Positions 45,642 to 58,797 of a DNA stretch of 64,000 nucleotides are shown here, in pieces. The position numbers were made by a program, and so were the translations under genes. The stretch is from an uncultured Actinomycetes bacterium (GTDB lineage Bacteria; Actinomycetota; Thermoleophilia; Gaiellales; JAICJC01), in the NCBI GenBank assembly GCA_963744065.1, contig CAVUSN010000001.1:49253-113252 (forward strand), given 5' to 3'. The notes below the pieces were generated by a model. It was not told the origin of the DNA. It did no database searches and saw only the letters and a program-made list of their open reading frames with translations. Numbering within the stretch: position 1 is the stretch's first letter; every line of letters starts with the position of its first letter.

Positions 45642-46100
45642 ACAGCTTCTGCTCGCACTCAAGATCGGGTTCGTGGTGCTGCTGTACCTGTTCATCTGGC
45701 GGGTCATCCGGGTGGCCTCACGCGACATGCAGGTCGGGCAGGAGAGCATGATCCTGACCCCCGTCCGGCCGGCCAAGCCCGTCCGGGCCGCAGCGGTCGG
45801 TGGCCGGGCTGGTGGTGACCCGCAGCCCCGAGCTGGAGGAGGGCTCGCGGATCCCGATCGCCCACGAGCTGGTCGCCGGGCGGGAATCGGCGCTCGACAT
45901 CACACTGCAGGCCGACGGCTACGCCTCCGGCCGCCACTGCCGGTTCGTGCGCGGCCAGGACGCCGACCTGATCGAGGATCTGCACTCGACCAACGGCACC
46001 TTCGTCAACGGCCAGCGCCTGAACGGCACCCGCACGCTGGCAGCCAGGCGACACGATCACGATCGGCCAGACCCAGTTCACCTACGAGCGTGGCGCATGA
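45634..46100 (+). CDS. fhaB: FhaB/FipA FHA-domain protein, frameshifted
   Basis: TM LK.GF..LLYLFIW and SGRH..EDLHSTNGTFVNG. Confidence 0.85.
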
Positions 46101-47242
46101 GGCGCGTCGTCGACCGCGCCGGAGCCACCCAGACCGGCAACGTGCGCCGCCTGAACGAGGACTCCTACCTGATCCGCGAGCCGCTGTTCATGGTGGCCGA
46201 CGGGATGGGCGGCGCCCAGGCCGGCGAGATCGCATCGCGGATGACCACCGAGGAGTTCGCCCAGGCCGGGCTGGTGCCGGCGCGCGGCGAGGACACGCTG
46301 CGCGAGGTGATCGTGACCGCCAACGCCAAGATCCACCAGCGGGCCAGCAGCGACAGCACCGTGGCCGGGATGGGCACCACCGTGGCCGCGGCGCTGGTCG
46401 GCGACGACGGCCGGGTCGCCTTCGCCCACGTCGGCGACAGCCGCGCCTACCTGCTGCGCGACGGCGAGCTGCGACGGCTGACCGAGGACCACTCGCTGGT
46501 GGGCGAGCTGGTGCGCCAGGGCGAGCTGACCGAGGCCGAGGCCGAGCACCACCCGCAGCGCAGCGTGATCACCCGCGCGCTGGGGGCCGAGGCCGACGTG
46601 CGGGTGGACACCTTCACGGTCGACTCGCAGCCCGGCGACGTGGTGCTGCTGTGCAGCGACGGGCTGACCACGATGGTGGACGAGGCAGACCATCGGCCGG
46701 CTGCTGTACGAGCACGCCGACGCCGCCGCAGGCGGCCGCCGAGCTGGTGCGGGCCGCCCTGGCGGCCGGCGGCGAGGACAACGTGACGGTGGTGATCTTC
46801 CGGATCGACGACCTGGCCGACGCGAGGACGACGACACCAGACGCCGCGGCGAGCACGTGCTTCCGCCCGAGCTGTGGCTGGGAGGCGCGTCGGACGACGA
46901 TCCGGCCGCGGCGGAGACCGCGGCGGGCGGGCGACACACGCTGCGGATCGTGTTCGGCGGGCTGGCCGCGGTGGCGGTGATCGCGGTGGCCGTGGCTGGC
47001 GCCGTCGCGCGGGCTGCGCTGGAGCCACTTCGTCGGCGCCGACGAGCGCACCGGCCAGGTGGCGGTCTACCAGGGCGTCCCGGTCGATCTGCCGCTCGGC
47101 GTCCACCTGTACCACGAGACGTTCGTCTCCGACGTGCCGTACCGCTCGCTCGAGCGCCGCCGAGCGCCAGCGCCTGTTCGACCACCGGCTGCGCTCGCAG
47201 TCCAGCGCCCGCGCGGCGATACAGCCGCTGGAGCTGCCCTGA
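46097..47242 (+). CDS. pstP: PP2C Ser/Thr phosphatase, frameshifted
   Basis: NEDS, VADGMGG, GMGTT, HVGDSRAY, DHSLV, LCSDGL and GGEDNVT. Confidence 0.92.
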
Positions 47243-48550
47243 TGATCCGGGCGATGCGCACCCCGCGGATGCGCGAGCTGGTCAACCTGGGCTGCGTCGG
47301 CCTGCTGACCGCGGTGGGCTTCCTGGCGGTGTACACCGCCCGCCAGCAGGACATCCGATCCACCTCGCTGGTGTACGCCGGGCTGTTCCTCGGCCTGTTC
47401 GTGGTCGCCCACCTGGTGGTGCGCGCCGGCCTGCCGCAGGCCGACCCGTGGCTGCTGCCGCTGGCGGCGCTGATGATCGGCGCATCGGGCTGATCGAGAT
47501 CTACCGGCTCGACCCGGTGCTGGCCCGCGACCAGTCGGTCTGGATCGTCGTCGGGCTGGTGGGGTTCGCCGGCGCTGATCTTCGTGCTTCGCGACCACCG
47601 CCGGCTGGAGAACTACAAGTACACGCTGGCGGCGACCGCGGTGCTGCTGCTGGTGATCACGATGGTCGCCGGCACGACCGTCAACGGCGCCAAGCTGTGG
47701 CTGCGCTTCGGCGGCGTGCAGGTGCAGCCGGGCGAGTTCGCCAAGCTGCTGCTGGTGATCTTCCTGGCCGGCTACCTGCGCGAGAAGCGCGAGGTGCTGA
47801 CGTTCGCCCACCGCCGCGTGCTGGGCATCGGCATCCCCGCCATGAAGCACTTCGGCCCGCTGCTGCTGATGACCGGGCTCGCGCTGAGCGTGGTGGCCGT
47901 GATGAACGACCTCGGCACCGCCCTGCTGCTGTTCGGGATCTTCCTGGCGATGCTGTACGTGGCCACCGGCCGGCACGCCTACACGGTCGTCGGGCTGGGG
48001 CTGTTCGCGGCCGGATCGTGGTTCGTCTACCACAACATCGCGCCACGTGCACGAGCGCTTCCAGATCTGGCTCGAACCCGTGGGCGACCGCCGCAGACCA
48101 CCGGCTACCAGATCGTGCAGTCGATCGAGGCGATCGCCGACGGCGGCGTGTTCGGCACCGGCCTGGGCAAGAGCTTCCAGCTGGTGGGCTCGCCGCCGCA
48201 CCCGATCATCCCGGCCGCCCAGACCGACGGCATCTACGCGGTGTGGGCCGATGAGGCCGGCCTGGCCGGAGCGGCCGGGCTGCTGCTGGTCTACCTGCTG
48301 TTCGCCTACCGCGGCTTCAAGATCGCGACGCTCGCCGCAGGACGGGTTCTCGACGCTGCTGGCCGCCGGGCTCACCTTCGCCTTCTCGCTGCAGGCCTTC
48401 CTGATCGTGGGCGGCGTCACCCGGCTGGTCCCGCTGACCGGCATCACGCTGCCGTTCGTGAGCTACGGCGGCTCCTCGATCGTCTCGAACTTCCTGCTGC
48501 TGGCGCTGCTCCTGATGGTCTCCAACCGCACCACCCGAGACCGCCGGTGA
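47242..48550 (+). CDS. rodA: FtsW/RodA SEDS protein, frameshifted
   Basis: NGAKLW, QPGEFAK, DLGTALL, GYQ and PLTGITLPFVSYGGSS. Confidence 0.92.
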
Positions 48551-50029
48551 ACCACCAGATCACCAACCTGTTCCGGCTGTGCGCGATCGGCTTTGCGGTG
48601 CTGATCTCGTTCACCGCCTACTGGCAGATCTGGGCGGCCGACTCGCTGGCGGTGCGCCAGGACAACGCCCGGCTGGTGTACCGCCAGCTGCAGATCAAGC
48701 GCGGGCTGATCTTCGCCGCCAACGGCCGCACGGTGCTGGCCCGAGAACCGACCTCCAAGTCGGCGCACGGCCAGACGATCTACACCCGCCGGTATCCATT
48801 CCGCGGACTGTTCGCCCAGGTCGTCGGGTACAACACCGTCGATCAGGGCCGCACCGGCCTCGAGCTCTCCTACAACGACTTCCTGACGTCCTCCAACGCC
48901 AACCTCTCGACCCAGCTGCAGAACCTGGGCGACTCGCTGCGCGGGCGCACCGTGACCGGCGACAACCTGATCACCAGCCTCTCGCTGCCGGCCCAGCGGG
49001 CGGCGATGGCGGGCCTCGGCCAGATGCACGGCGCGGTGGTCGCGATCCAGCCGTCCACCGGGCGGGTGCTGGCAATGGCCTCGACGCCGACCTTCAACCC
49101 CAACCAGCGTCGTCGACCAACTTCGCCAAGCTGAACCGGACCGAGCTCCGGCGCGCCGCTCCTGAACCGCGCCACCCAGGGCCTGTACACGCCCGGCTCG
49201 ACCTTCAAGACGGTGACCTCGACCGCCGCGCTCAAGAGCGGCCTGTACACGCCCACCATCACCGCTGACCCCGGCGCCGGCCTGCATCACGGTGTTCGTC
49301 CAGCTGTGCAACGCCGGGCTCGAGTCGTTCCCGCCGATCGACCTGACCGACGCGCTGACCTACTCGGTCAACACCGTGTTCGCCCAGGTCGGGCAGAAGA
49401 TCGGCTCGCAGAAGCTGCGAAACGCGATGAGCGAGTTCGGCTTCTTCACCGACGCCGACGATCGACCTGCCCGGCGACGAGGTGGTGCCCTCCGGGCTCT
49501 ACCGCAACGGCCACCAGATCTCGCAATCGGCGCCGATCGACGTCGCCCGCACGGCCATCGGCCAGGGCAACCTGGCGGTGACGCCGCTGCAGATGGCGGA
49601 GGTGGCGGCGACCATCGCCAACGGCGGCGTGCGGATGCAGCCGTCGCTGGTGGACAAGGCGATCTCGCCCGGCGGCTCAACCGTCTACCAACAGCCATCC
49701 GCAGGCGATCGAGCGGGTGATGTCGAACCAGACAGCACAGGAAATGACCGGCATGATGCAGAAGGTCGTCGACGAGGGCACCGGCACCGAGGCCCAGATC
49801 GGCAACCTGTCGGTCGCAGGCAAGACCGGGACAGCCGAGATCGGCGCCCCCGGATTCCAGCATCTACACCTCATGGTTCATCGCGTTCGCTCCGGGGGCT
49901 CCCGGGGACACGCCCAAGATCGCCGTCGCGGTCGTGATCGACCGCACGACACAGTTCGGCGGGCAGGTCGCAGCACCGATCGCGGCAGACGTGATCAGGG
50001 CGTATCTCGGCACAAACGTGGCACAGTAG
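48547..50029 (+). CDS. pbpA: class B penicillin-binding protein, frameshifted
   Basis: RGLI, GLE, PGSTFK (SxxK), SVN (SxN) and AGKTGTAE. Confidence 0.9.
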
Positions 50030-50040
50030 GCAATCTGGCA

Positions 50041-53018
<2,978 letters not shown>

Positions 53019-53128
53019 GCAGGGGTTTGGTGGCGAACCTCCTATAACGTGAACCCGCGTCTGCGCCGACACATGAAGGGACGGGGCGCGGCAGCGCCAG
53101 CGGCACCAGACCGAGGAGGACCCTGACC

Positions 53129-54007
53129 ATGAGCATCACCGCCCGCCGCATGCTGGCGGTCGCACTGGCCGCATCGGTTGCGGCAGGCTGCGGCCAGGGC
53201 ACGGCCTCCTCCGGCTCCACTCCTCCGCCATCCGGCAAGGCCAGCGCCAAGACGCTCCTGGCCGCCGCCACGGCCACCACCAAGACCGGCAGCGCCAGGT
53301 ACACGCTGCATATGACGATCGCCGGCCCCAACGGGCAGACCACCGCCCAGGGCCACGGCATCACGAGCTTCTCGCATCCGGTCAAGGCCTCCATGTCGAT
53401 GGTCATGCAGATCCCGGGAGCGCCGACCCCGATGGCGGTCAGCGAGCGCATCCTGGGCACCACCATCTACATGAGGATGCCGGCCCTGCAGTCCGCCATC
53501 CCCGGCGCCAAACCGTGGATGAAGCTCGACCTGGAGGCCATGGGCAAGGCCCACGGGATCGATTTCAGCGCACTCATGAACTCGTCCAGCAACGACCCGG
53601 CCACGATCCTGTCGTACCTGCAGGGCGTGTCCTCGAACATCCAGAACCTCGGCACCGAGACGGTGGACGGCGTGCAGACCACGCACTACAAGGCCACGGT
53701 GGACTTCCACCGGGTGATGGCCGCGCTCGAACGGAAGGATCCCAAGGCCGCCGCCAGCATCCAGCAGGTGATGGCGATGTCGGGCGAAACGGCCGAGCCG
53801 GTGGAGGTGTGGATCGACGAGGCGGGCCTGCTGCGCCAGGAGACCGTGCACTCGCACATGCCGTCTCTGGGCGCCGATATGACGTTCACAATGGACCTGT
53901 CGGACTTCGGCACCGCCGTGGACGTGACGGCACCCCCGGCGTCACAGACGTCCGACTTCATGAAGCTGCTCCAGCAGGCTCAGTCGTCCTCGGCGGGCGG
54001 GGCCTGA
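53129..54007 (+). CDS. LppX/LprAFG-like lipoprotein
   Basis: Lipobox VAAG-C, G.ETVDGVQTTHY, V.VWID..GLLRQ and SDFG..V.V.APP. Confidence 0.75.
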   Translation: MSITARRMLAVALAASVAAGCGQGTASSGSTPPPSGKASAKTLLAAATATTKTGSARYTLHMTIAGPNGQTTAQGHGITSFSHPVKASMSMVMQIPGAPTPMAVSERILGTTIYMRMPALQSAIPGAKPWMKLDLEAMGKAHGIDFSALMNSSSNDPATILSYLQGVSSNIQNLGTETVDGVQTTHYKATVDFHRVMAALERKDPKAAASIQQVMAMSGETAEPVEVWIDEAGLLRQETVHSHMPSLGADMTFTMDLSDFGTAVDVTAPPASQTSDFMKLLQQAQSSSAGGA

Positions 54008-54035
54008 TCGGCCCCGACCCGGAGGGCGGCCCAGC

Positions 54036-54446
54036 TCAAAAATCCATCGGCTCGATGGCGTCGTGCTCCAGCGCGAGCCGGAAGCGCTCGAGCTGGTCGG
54101 CCATGTTCTCACGGGTGACGCGATCGAGCTCTGCGATCAGGACGTCGGCCTCAGCGGCCAGCACCTCGTCGTAGCGCTCCACCTCGTACCCCTCGAACAC
54201 GCCGGTTGCACGCCATCGGCAGTCGGGGCAGCGCACGCGCAGCTCCCACCGGCAGTCGTCGACCTCCCGCCAGTCCACCGGATGCACCCTCGCGCCCGAG
54301 CAGCTGGGGCACAGCTCGATCCGGCGGACATGCACCTCCGGCTCGGACACGGCATCGTCGTATTCCGGCGTGCCTGGCTGCAGGTAGACGATCTCCACAA
54401 CCTTGCCGCTGGGGAGCGTGATTTTCTTGATACGGTAGTCGGCCAC
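54036..54446 (-). CDS. hypothetical zinc-ribbon protein (CxxC...CxxC)
   Basis: LPSGK.VEIVY, CPSC..VHP.DW..W...RCPDC and C-terminal IEPMDF. The start is moved to GTG at 54446. Confidence 0.75.
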   Translation of the reverse strand: MADYRIKKITLPSGKVVEIVYLQPGTPEYDDAVSEPEVHVRRIELCPSCSGARVHPVDWREVDDCRWELRVRCPDCRWRATGVFEGYEVERYDEVLAAEADVLIAELDRVTRENMADQLERFRLALEHDAIEPMDF

Positions 54447-54486
54447 TTGTGGTGTGTGATAAGGGAGATTGCGACTTGCTCCCCCT

Positions 54487-54513
54487 GTATCGGCCACACG
54501 GACGACTGCTTGA
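54487..54513 (-). promoter_or_regulatory. putative sigma28-type promoter
   Basis: TCAAG-N14-GCCGATAC on the minus strand upstream of the Zn-ribbon gene. Confidence 0.55.
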
Positions 54514-54535
54514 GATGTTGTGCAATTGCGGTGGA

Positions 54536-55888
54536 TCAGCCGGCGGCTGAAGCCAGCTTGCGCGGCGTGCACACGCTGCCCACCGAGGCCTCCAGGATGT
54601 CCAGCGCCTCGTCCAACTGCTCATCGGTCGCGACGAGCGCCACCAGCACCCGCACGCAGTTGCCGAGCACCCCGGCCTTGAGCAGGATCAGGCCGTTCTG
54701 GGCCGCATCTTGGACGACGGCGGTGGCCACATCGGCAGCCGGCGCCTTGGAGTCCCGGTCGTGTACGAACTCGACGGCCAGCATCGGCCCCAGACCGCGC
54801 ACGTCGCCGATCTCGGCGTAACGTTCGGCGAGCTGCTCCAGGCGCGCGCGGATGCGCGCGCCGATGGCCTGGCCGCGGGCCAGCAGTTCACGCCGTTCGA
54901 TCTCGTCCAGCACCGCCAGGGCCGCCACGCAGCCCAGCGGAGAGCCGACGTAGGTGCCGCCCAGGGCGCTATCGTGCGGCGCGTCCATCAACTCCGCCCG
55001 GCCCAGCACGCCCGACATCGGCACGCCGGCGGCGATCGACTTGGCGACCGCGATCAGATCCGGCTCGACGCTGAAGTGCTCGACCGCGAACATGCGGCCG
55101 GTGCGGCCGAAGCCGGACTGCACCTCGTCGGCGATCAGCACGATGCCGTGCTCGGTTGCGATCTCGCGCAGCCCCTGCACGAACTCGGCCGGCGGCACCA
55201 CGAACCCGCCTTCGCCCTGCACCGGCTCGAAGATGATGGCCGCCACGCTCTCGGGCGCGACGTGCGTGACCAGCATCCGGCGCAGCGCGGCCAGCGCCTC
55301 GCCGGCCGGGTCGTCGCCCGGCCACCGGTACGGGTTGGGGAAGGGCGCCCGGTAGATCTCCGGCGCGAACGGGCCCATGCCCAGCTTGTAGGGGTTCAGC
55401 TTCGAGGTGAGCGACATGGCCATCAGCGTGCGCCCGTGGAAGGCGCCATCGAAGGCGATCACGCTGTGCCGCTTCGTGGCCAGCTTGGCCACCTTGACGG
55501 CGTTCTCGACGGCCTCGGCGCCGGAGTTGAAGAAGGCGGCCTTCTTGGGGCCGGAGATGGGCGTCACCGCCAGCAGCCGCTCGGCCAGTTGCACGTAGCT
55601 CTCGTAGGGAATGATCGTGAAATCGGTGTGCAGGAAGCGGTCGACCTGGGCGTGCAGGGCCGCCGACACGGCGGCGTTCGTGTGCCCGACGTTCAGACAG
55701 CCGATGCCGCCGGACCAGTCCAGGAAGGTGTTGCCGTCCACGTCGGTGACCACGCAGCCGTGCCCGGAGTCGATCACCACGGGCATGTGGATGTCCTTGA
55801 AGTTGGCCACCACCTGCCGCTTGCGGTCCAGGATGGCCTGTGACCTGGGCCCCGGCACCTGCGTCCGAAGATCGACCGTTTTCCCCAC
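54536..55888 (-). CDS. gabT: 4-aminobutyrate aminotransferase
   Basis: DVDGNTFLD..GGIG, NSGAEAVENAVK, FHGRT, EPVQGEGG and ADEVQSGFGRTG. GGAGG RBS. Confidence 0.92.
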   Translation of the reverse strand: MGKTVDLRTQVPGPRSQAILDRKRQVVANFKDIHMPVVIDSGHGCVVTDVDGNTFLDWSGGIGCLNVGHTNAAVSAALHAQVDRFLHTDFTIIPYESYVQLAERLLAVTPISGPKKAAFFNSGAEAVENAVKVAKLATKRHSVIAFDGAFHGRTLMAMSLTSKLNPYKLGMGPFAPEIYRAPFPNPYRWPGDDPAGEALAALRRMLVTHVAPESVAAIIFEPVQGEGGFVVPPAEFVQGLREIATEHGIVLIADEVQSGFGRTGRMFAVEHFSVEPDLIAVAKSIAAGVPMSGVLGRAELMDAPHDSALGGTYVGSPLGCVAALAVLDEIERRELLARGQAIGARIRARLEQLAERYAEIGDVRGLGPMLAVEFVHDRDSKAPAADVATAVVQDAAQNGLILLKAGVLGNCVRVLVALVATDEQLDEALDILEASVGSVCTPRKLASAAG

Positions 55889-55979
55889 GGAACCTCCCTC
55901 AAAATGCCGGAATCGCAACGGATTTCAGCGTATCACGGGTGATCGGGCGAAGGCCATCGCCCGGTACACTCCACGCTGC

Positions 55980-56552
55980 ATGATGCTGTCTGACCGCACG
56001 ATCCGTGAGGAGATCGCCGCGGGGCGGATCGGCATCGACCCGTTCGACGACGAGCTGGTGCAGCCGTGCTCGGTGGACGTCCGTGTGGGCAGCGCATTCC
56101 GGGTGTTCCGCAACTCCCGCTACCCGTACATCGATGTGCGCGAGCCGATGGAGGACCTGACCGAGCTGGTCACCGTCGCTCCCGGCGAGGCGTTCATTCT
56201 GCACCCTGGGGAGTTCGTGCTGGGGGTGGTGCTGGAGCGGATCAGGCTGCCCGCCGACATCGTCGCCACCCTGGACGGCAAGAGCTCGCTGGGCCGGCTG
56301 GGGCTGGTCGTGCACCAGACCGCGGGCGTGGTCGACGCCGGCTTCGACGGCCACATCACGCTGGAGCTGGCCAACGTCGCCAACCTGCCGATCACGGTCT
56401 ACCCGCAGATGCGAATCGCCCAGCTCAGCTTCATGACCATGACCACCCCGGCAGACCGGCCGTACGGGTCAGGTGATCTGGGCTCGAAGTACCAGGGCCA
56501 GGCCGAGCCCACTCCCAGCAAGTACCACCTCAACTTCCCGCGGCCGGCATGA
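55980..56552 (+). CDS. dcd: dCTP deaminase
   Basis: MLSDRTI, QP.SVD, LHPGEFVLG, GKSSLGRLGL, D.GF.G.ITLEL and SKYQGQ. Confidence 0.95.
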   Translation: MMLSDRTIREEIAAGRIGIDPFDDELVQPCSVDVRVGSAFRVFRNSRYPYIDVREPMEDLTELVTVAPGEAFILHPGEFVLGVVLERIRLPADIVATLDGKSSLGRLGLVVHQTAGVVDAGFDGHITLELANVANLPITVYPQMRIAQLSFMTMTTPADRPYGSGDLGSKYQGQAEPTPSKYHLNFPRPA

Positions 56553-57391
56553 GGGTGCTGGTGACAGGCTCGAGCGGCTACGTGGGCCGCCAGCTGTGCG
56601 CCCGCCTGGAGGCGGACGGCCACCAGGTGATGCCCTTCTCGCGCGCGACCGGGGGCGACGTGCGCGACCGCGACGCGGTGTTCGCGGCCGTCCGCGAGGC
56701 CGAGGCGGTGTGCCACCTGGTGGCGATCCTGGACGGCACCGACGAGCAGTTCCAGGCCATCAACGCCGATGGCGCCCGAAACGTGGTGGAGGCCGCCCAG
56801 GCCGCCGGCGGCCGCCGCTTGCTGCACATGAGCGCGGCCGGGGTGAACGAGCGCAACGCCTCCCGCACCCGCTACTGGCGAACCAAGTGGGAGGCCAAGC
56901 AGACGGTGATGGCGAGCGAGCTGGAGTGGACGGTGTTCGAGCCCAGCTTCGTGTTTGGCGCAGGCGGCGGGGCGCTGCGCGAGTTCGAAGGGCTGCTGCG
57001 GTTGCCGGTGGTGCCGGTGGCCGGGGACGGCCGCTACCGGCACCAGCCGGTGTGGGTGGGCGACGTGGCGGCCTGCTTCAGCGCAGCGCTGTCGCGTCCG
57101 CACACGGTCGGCCAGCGCTACGAACTGGGCGGCCCGCAGGTGTTCACCTTCGACGAGTTGCTGGACGAACTGGCCCGGGTCACCGGCCGCCGGCCACGGC
57201 CCAAGCTGCACGCACCGGTCGCCTTCGCCAAGGCCCAGACCGTGCTTCTCCGCCACCTGCCGCCACCGCTTCGCGCCACCTCCGAGCAGATCGAGATGCT
57301 GGTCGCCGGAACGGAGTGCGACATCGAGCCGATGCGCTCGCAGCTGGGGGTCGACCCGGCCTCGCTGGGCGAGGCGTACACCCGGGCTTGA
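56549..57391 (+). CDS. NAD(P)-binding atypical SDR (NDUFA9-like)
   Basis: VTGSSGYVG, Y.RTKWEA, QPVWVGDVA and YELGGP. Confidence 0.85.
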   Translation: MRVLVTGSSGYVGRQLCARLEADGHQVMPFSRATGGDVRDRDAVFAAVREAEAVCHLVAILDGTDEQFQAINADGARNVVEAAQAAGGRRLLHMSAAGVNERNASRTRYWRTKWEAKQTVMASELEWTVFEPSFVFGAGGGALREFEGLLRLPVVPVAGDGRYRHQPVWVGDVAACFSAALSRPHTVGQRYELGGPQVFTFDELLDELARVTGRRPRPKLHAPVAFAKAQTVLLRHLPPPLRATSEQIEMLVAGTECDIEPMRSQLGVDPASLGEAYTRA

Positions 57392-57417
57392 TCGTCGTCA
57401 CCGGGCGTTGCTACGAT
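57388..57417 (+). promoter_or_regulatory. SigA-type promoter with extended -10
   Basis: TTGATC-N18-TACGAT with TG one base upstream of the -10 box. Confidence 0.55.
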
Positions 57418-57423
57418 GGGGCT

Positions 57424-57607
57424 ACCACGGAAAGGAGGTGGTCCGACTTGGTAGAAGGCTCAAGACGGGCGAGTGGAGGTGCTCGCGGGTAGGGGCGAGT
57501 CCCTGGACCCAGGGGGAATCGCTGCAGCCGGCGTTGGGACAGCCTCCGCCACCTCCGGGTGGTCGGGAAGAGCAATCGCCGCTACCTAATACAAGCGATC
57601 TCACCGT
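57424..57607 (+). ncRNA. candidate ~185-nt rod-like ncRNA (6S/Ms1-like or anti-SD-mimic sRNA)
   Basis: Nested 5'-3' pairings read by eye along its length, a promoter upstream, a strong hairpin downstream and no credible long ORF. Confidence 0.5.
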
Positions 57608-57643
57608 CACGGGGCGGGTTGGCTCGAGCCAGCCCGCCCCGTG
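57608..57643. terminator. 16-bp GC-rich hairpin, likely terminator (possibly bidirectional)
   Basis: CACGGGGCGGGTTGGC-TCGA-GCCAGCCCGCCCCGTG. Confidence 0.75.
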
Positions 57644-57715
57644 CCAATTCTGAAGCACAGGTGCCGGGTGCCGCACGGCGAGGCGCCGCATGCGGGTGCG
57701 CTGAGGCCAGCCTCG

Positions 57716-58453
57716 CTACATGCCCCAGCGGTCCTGGCCCAGCAGTTGGAGCTCGGGGCCCGCTTCAGCAAGGGTGGAGACGGCGCCGTCGCCGCGCTCA
57801 TCCACCCGCACCGACACGGTGCGGGCCAGCCGGTCCTCGACCTCGACCCGCAGCCCGCCGTCACGGGTTAGCCGTGTGACGGCCTCGTCACCCGTGCCCG
57901 AATGCTCGTCCACGGTGTAGCCCGACCCGGGCTCGACGCCGGCCCTGGCCATGTAATGCAGGATCTCCTCGGCCTCGTTCTCCAGCCGCAGCACGGTGAT
58001 CCGGCTGCCCGCCGGCACAGCCGGAATCGGCTCGCCGGGCTCGCGCGGATAGTCGCCGATCGGATGCCCGTGCGGGCACGTGCGCACCTCGCCGATCATC
58101 TCCAGCATCTTGGCCTCGAGCCGCGGCGAGATGGAGTGCTCCATGGCGTGCGCCTCCTCGTGCACGTCGTCCCAGGGCAACCCCATGATCTTGACCAGGT
58201 ACGCCTCGACCAGCCGGTGGCGGGCCACGATCCGCTCAGCCACCTCCCGGCCGCTAACCGAGAAGTTGATCAGCTTGTGCTCGTCGCGGCTGACCAGGCC
58301 GTCATCCACCAGCCGCCGCAGCATCTCGCTGGCCGACGGCTGGGAGACGCGCAGCGCGCGGGCCAGGTTGGCCTGGGTGCGTTCGATCCCCGCCTCGTAC
58401 ATCCAGTAGATGCTTTCCAGATACTCCTGGGCCGCCTCTGAAAGCGTGTCCAT
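57716..58453 (-). CDS. DtxR/MntR family metal-dependent regulator
   Basis: QEYLESIY, S.PS.SEM..RL, RHRLVE.YL, VHEEAHAMEH, CPHGHPI and a FeoA-like tail. Confidence 0.92.
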   Translation of the reverse strand: MDTLSEAAQEYLESIYWMYEAGIERTQANLARALRVSQPSASEMLRRLVDDGLVSRDEHKLINFSVSGREVAERIVARHRLVEAYLVKIMGLPWDDVHEEAHAMEHSISPRLEAKMLEMIGEVRTCPHGHPIGDYPREPGEPIPAVPAGSRITVLRLENEAEEILHYMARAGVEPGSGYTVDEHSGTGDEAVTRLTRDGGLRVEVEDRLARTVSVRVDERGDGAVSTLAEAGPELQLLGQDRWGM

Positions 58454-58494
58454 CCCACCCTCCAATAGAGAAATGCCCTGCCGCCAGCAGGACG

Positions 58495-58797
58495 TCAGAC
58501 CGTGACGAACACCTCGCCGTCGCGCACCACCACCGGGAAGGCCTCCACGTCCTCGGTGGCCGGAAGCGACAGCACCGCCCCGGTGCGCAGGTCGAAGCGC
58601 GCGCCGTGCCTGGGGCAGATGACGTCGAAGCCCTCGCGATCGCCCTCGCACAGCGGCCCGTCATCGTGGCTGCAGCGGTCCTCGATGGCATACAGCTCGT
58701 CGCCGATCCGGTACACGCCCAGGAACAGCGACCCCGACTGGACGATGGTCACGCCGCCGTCCGCCAGCTCATCGAGCCGGCCTACCCGGACGTCCAC
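58495..58797 (-). CDS. Rieske-type ferredoxin
   Basis: CSH...CPRHGARFDLRTG. Confidence 0.92.
   Translation of the reverse strand: MDVRVGRLDELADGGVTIVQSGSLFLGVYRIGDELYAIEDRCSHDDGPLCEGDREGFDVICPRHGARFDLRTGAVLSLPATEDVEAFPVVVRDGEVFVTV

Noticed and set aside
57430-57444. 16S rRNA gene fragment on the minus strand
   Set aside because: The match is confined to the anti-SD tail, and flanking sequence does not resemble 16S helix 45.
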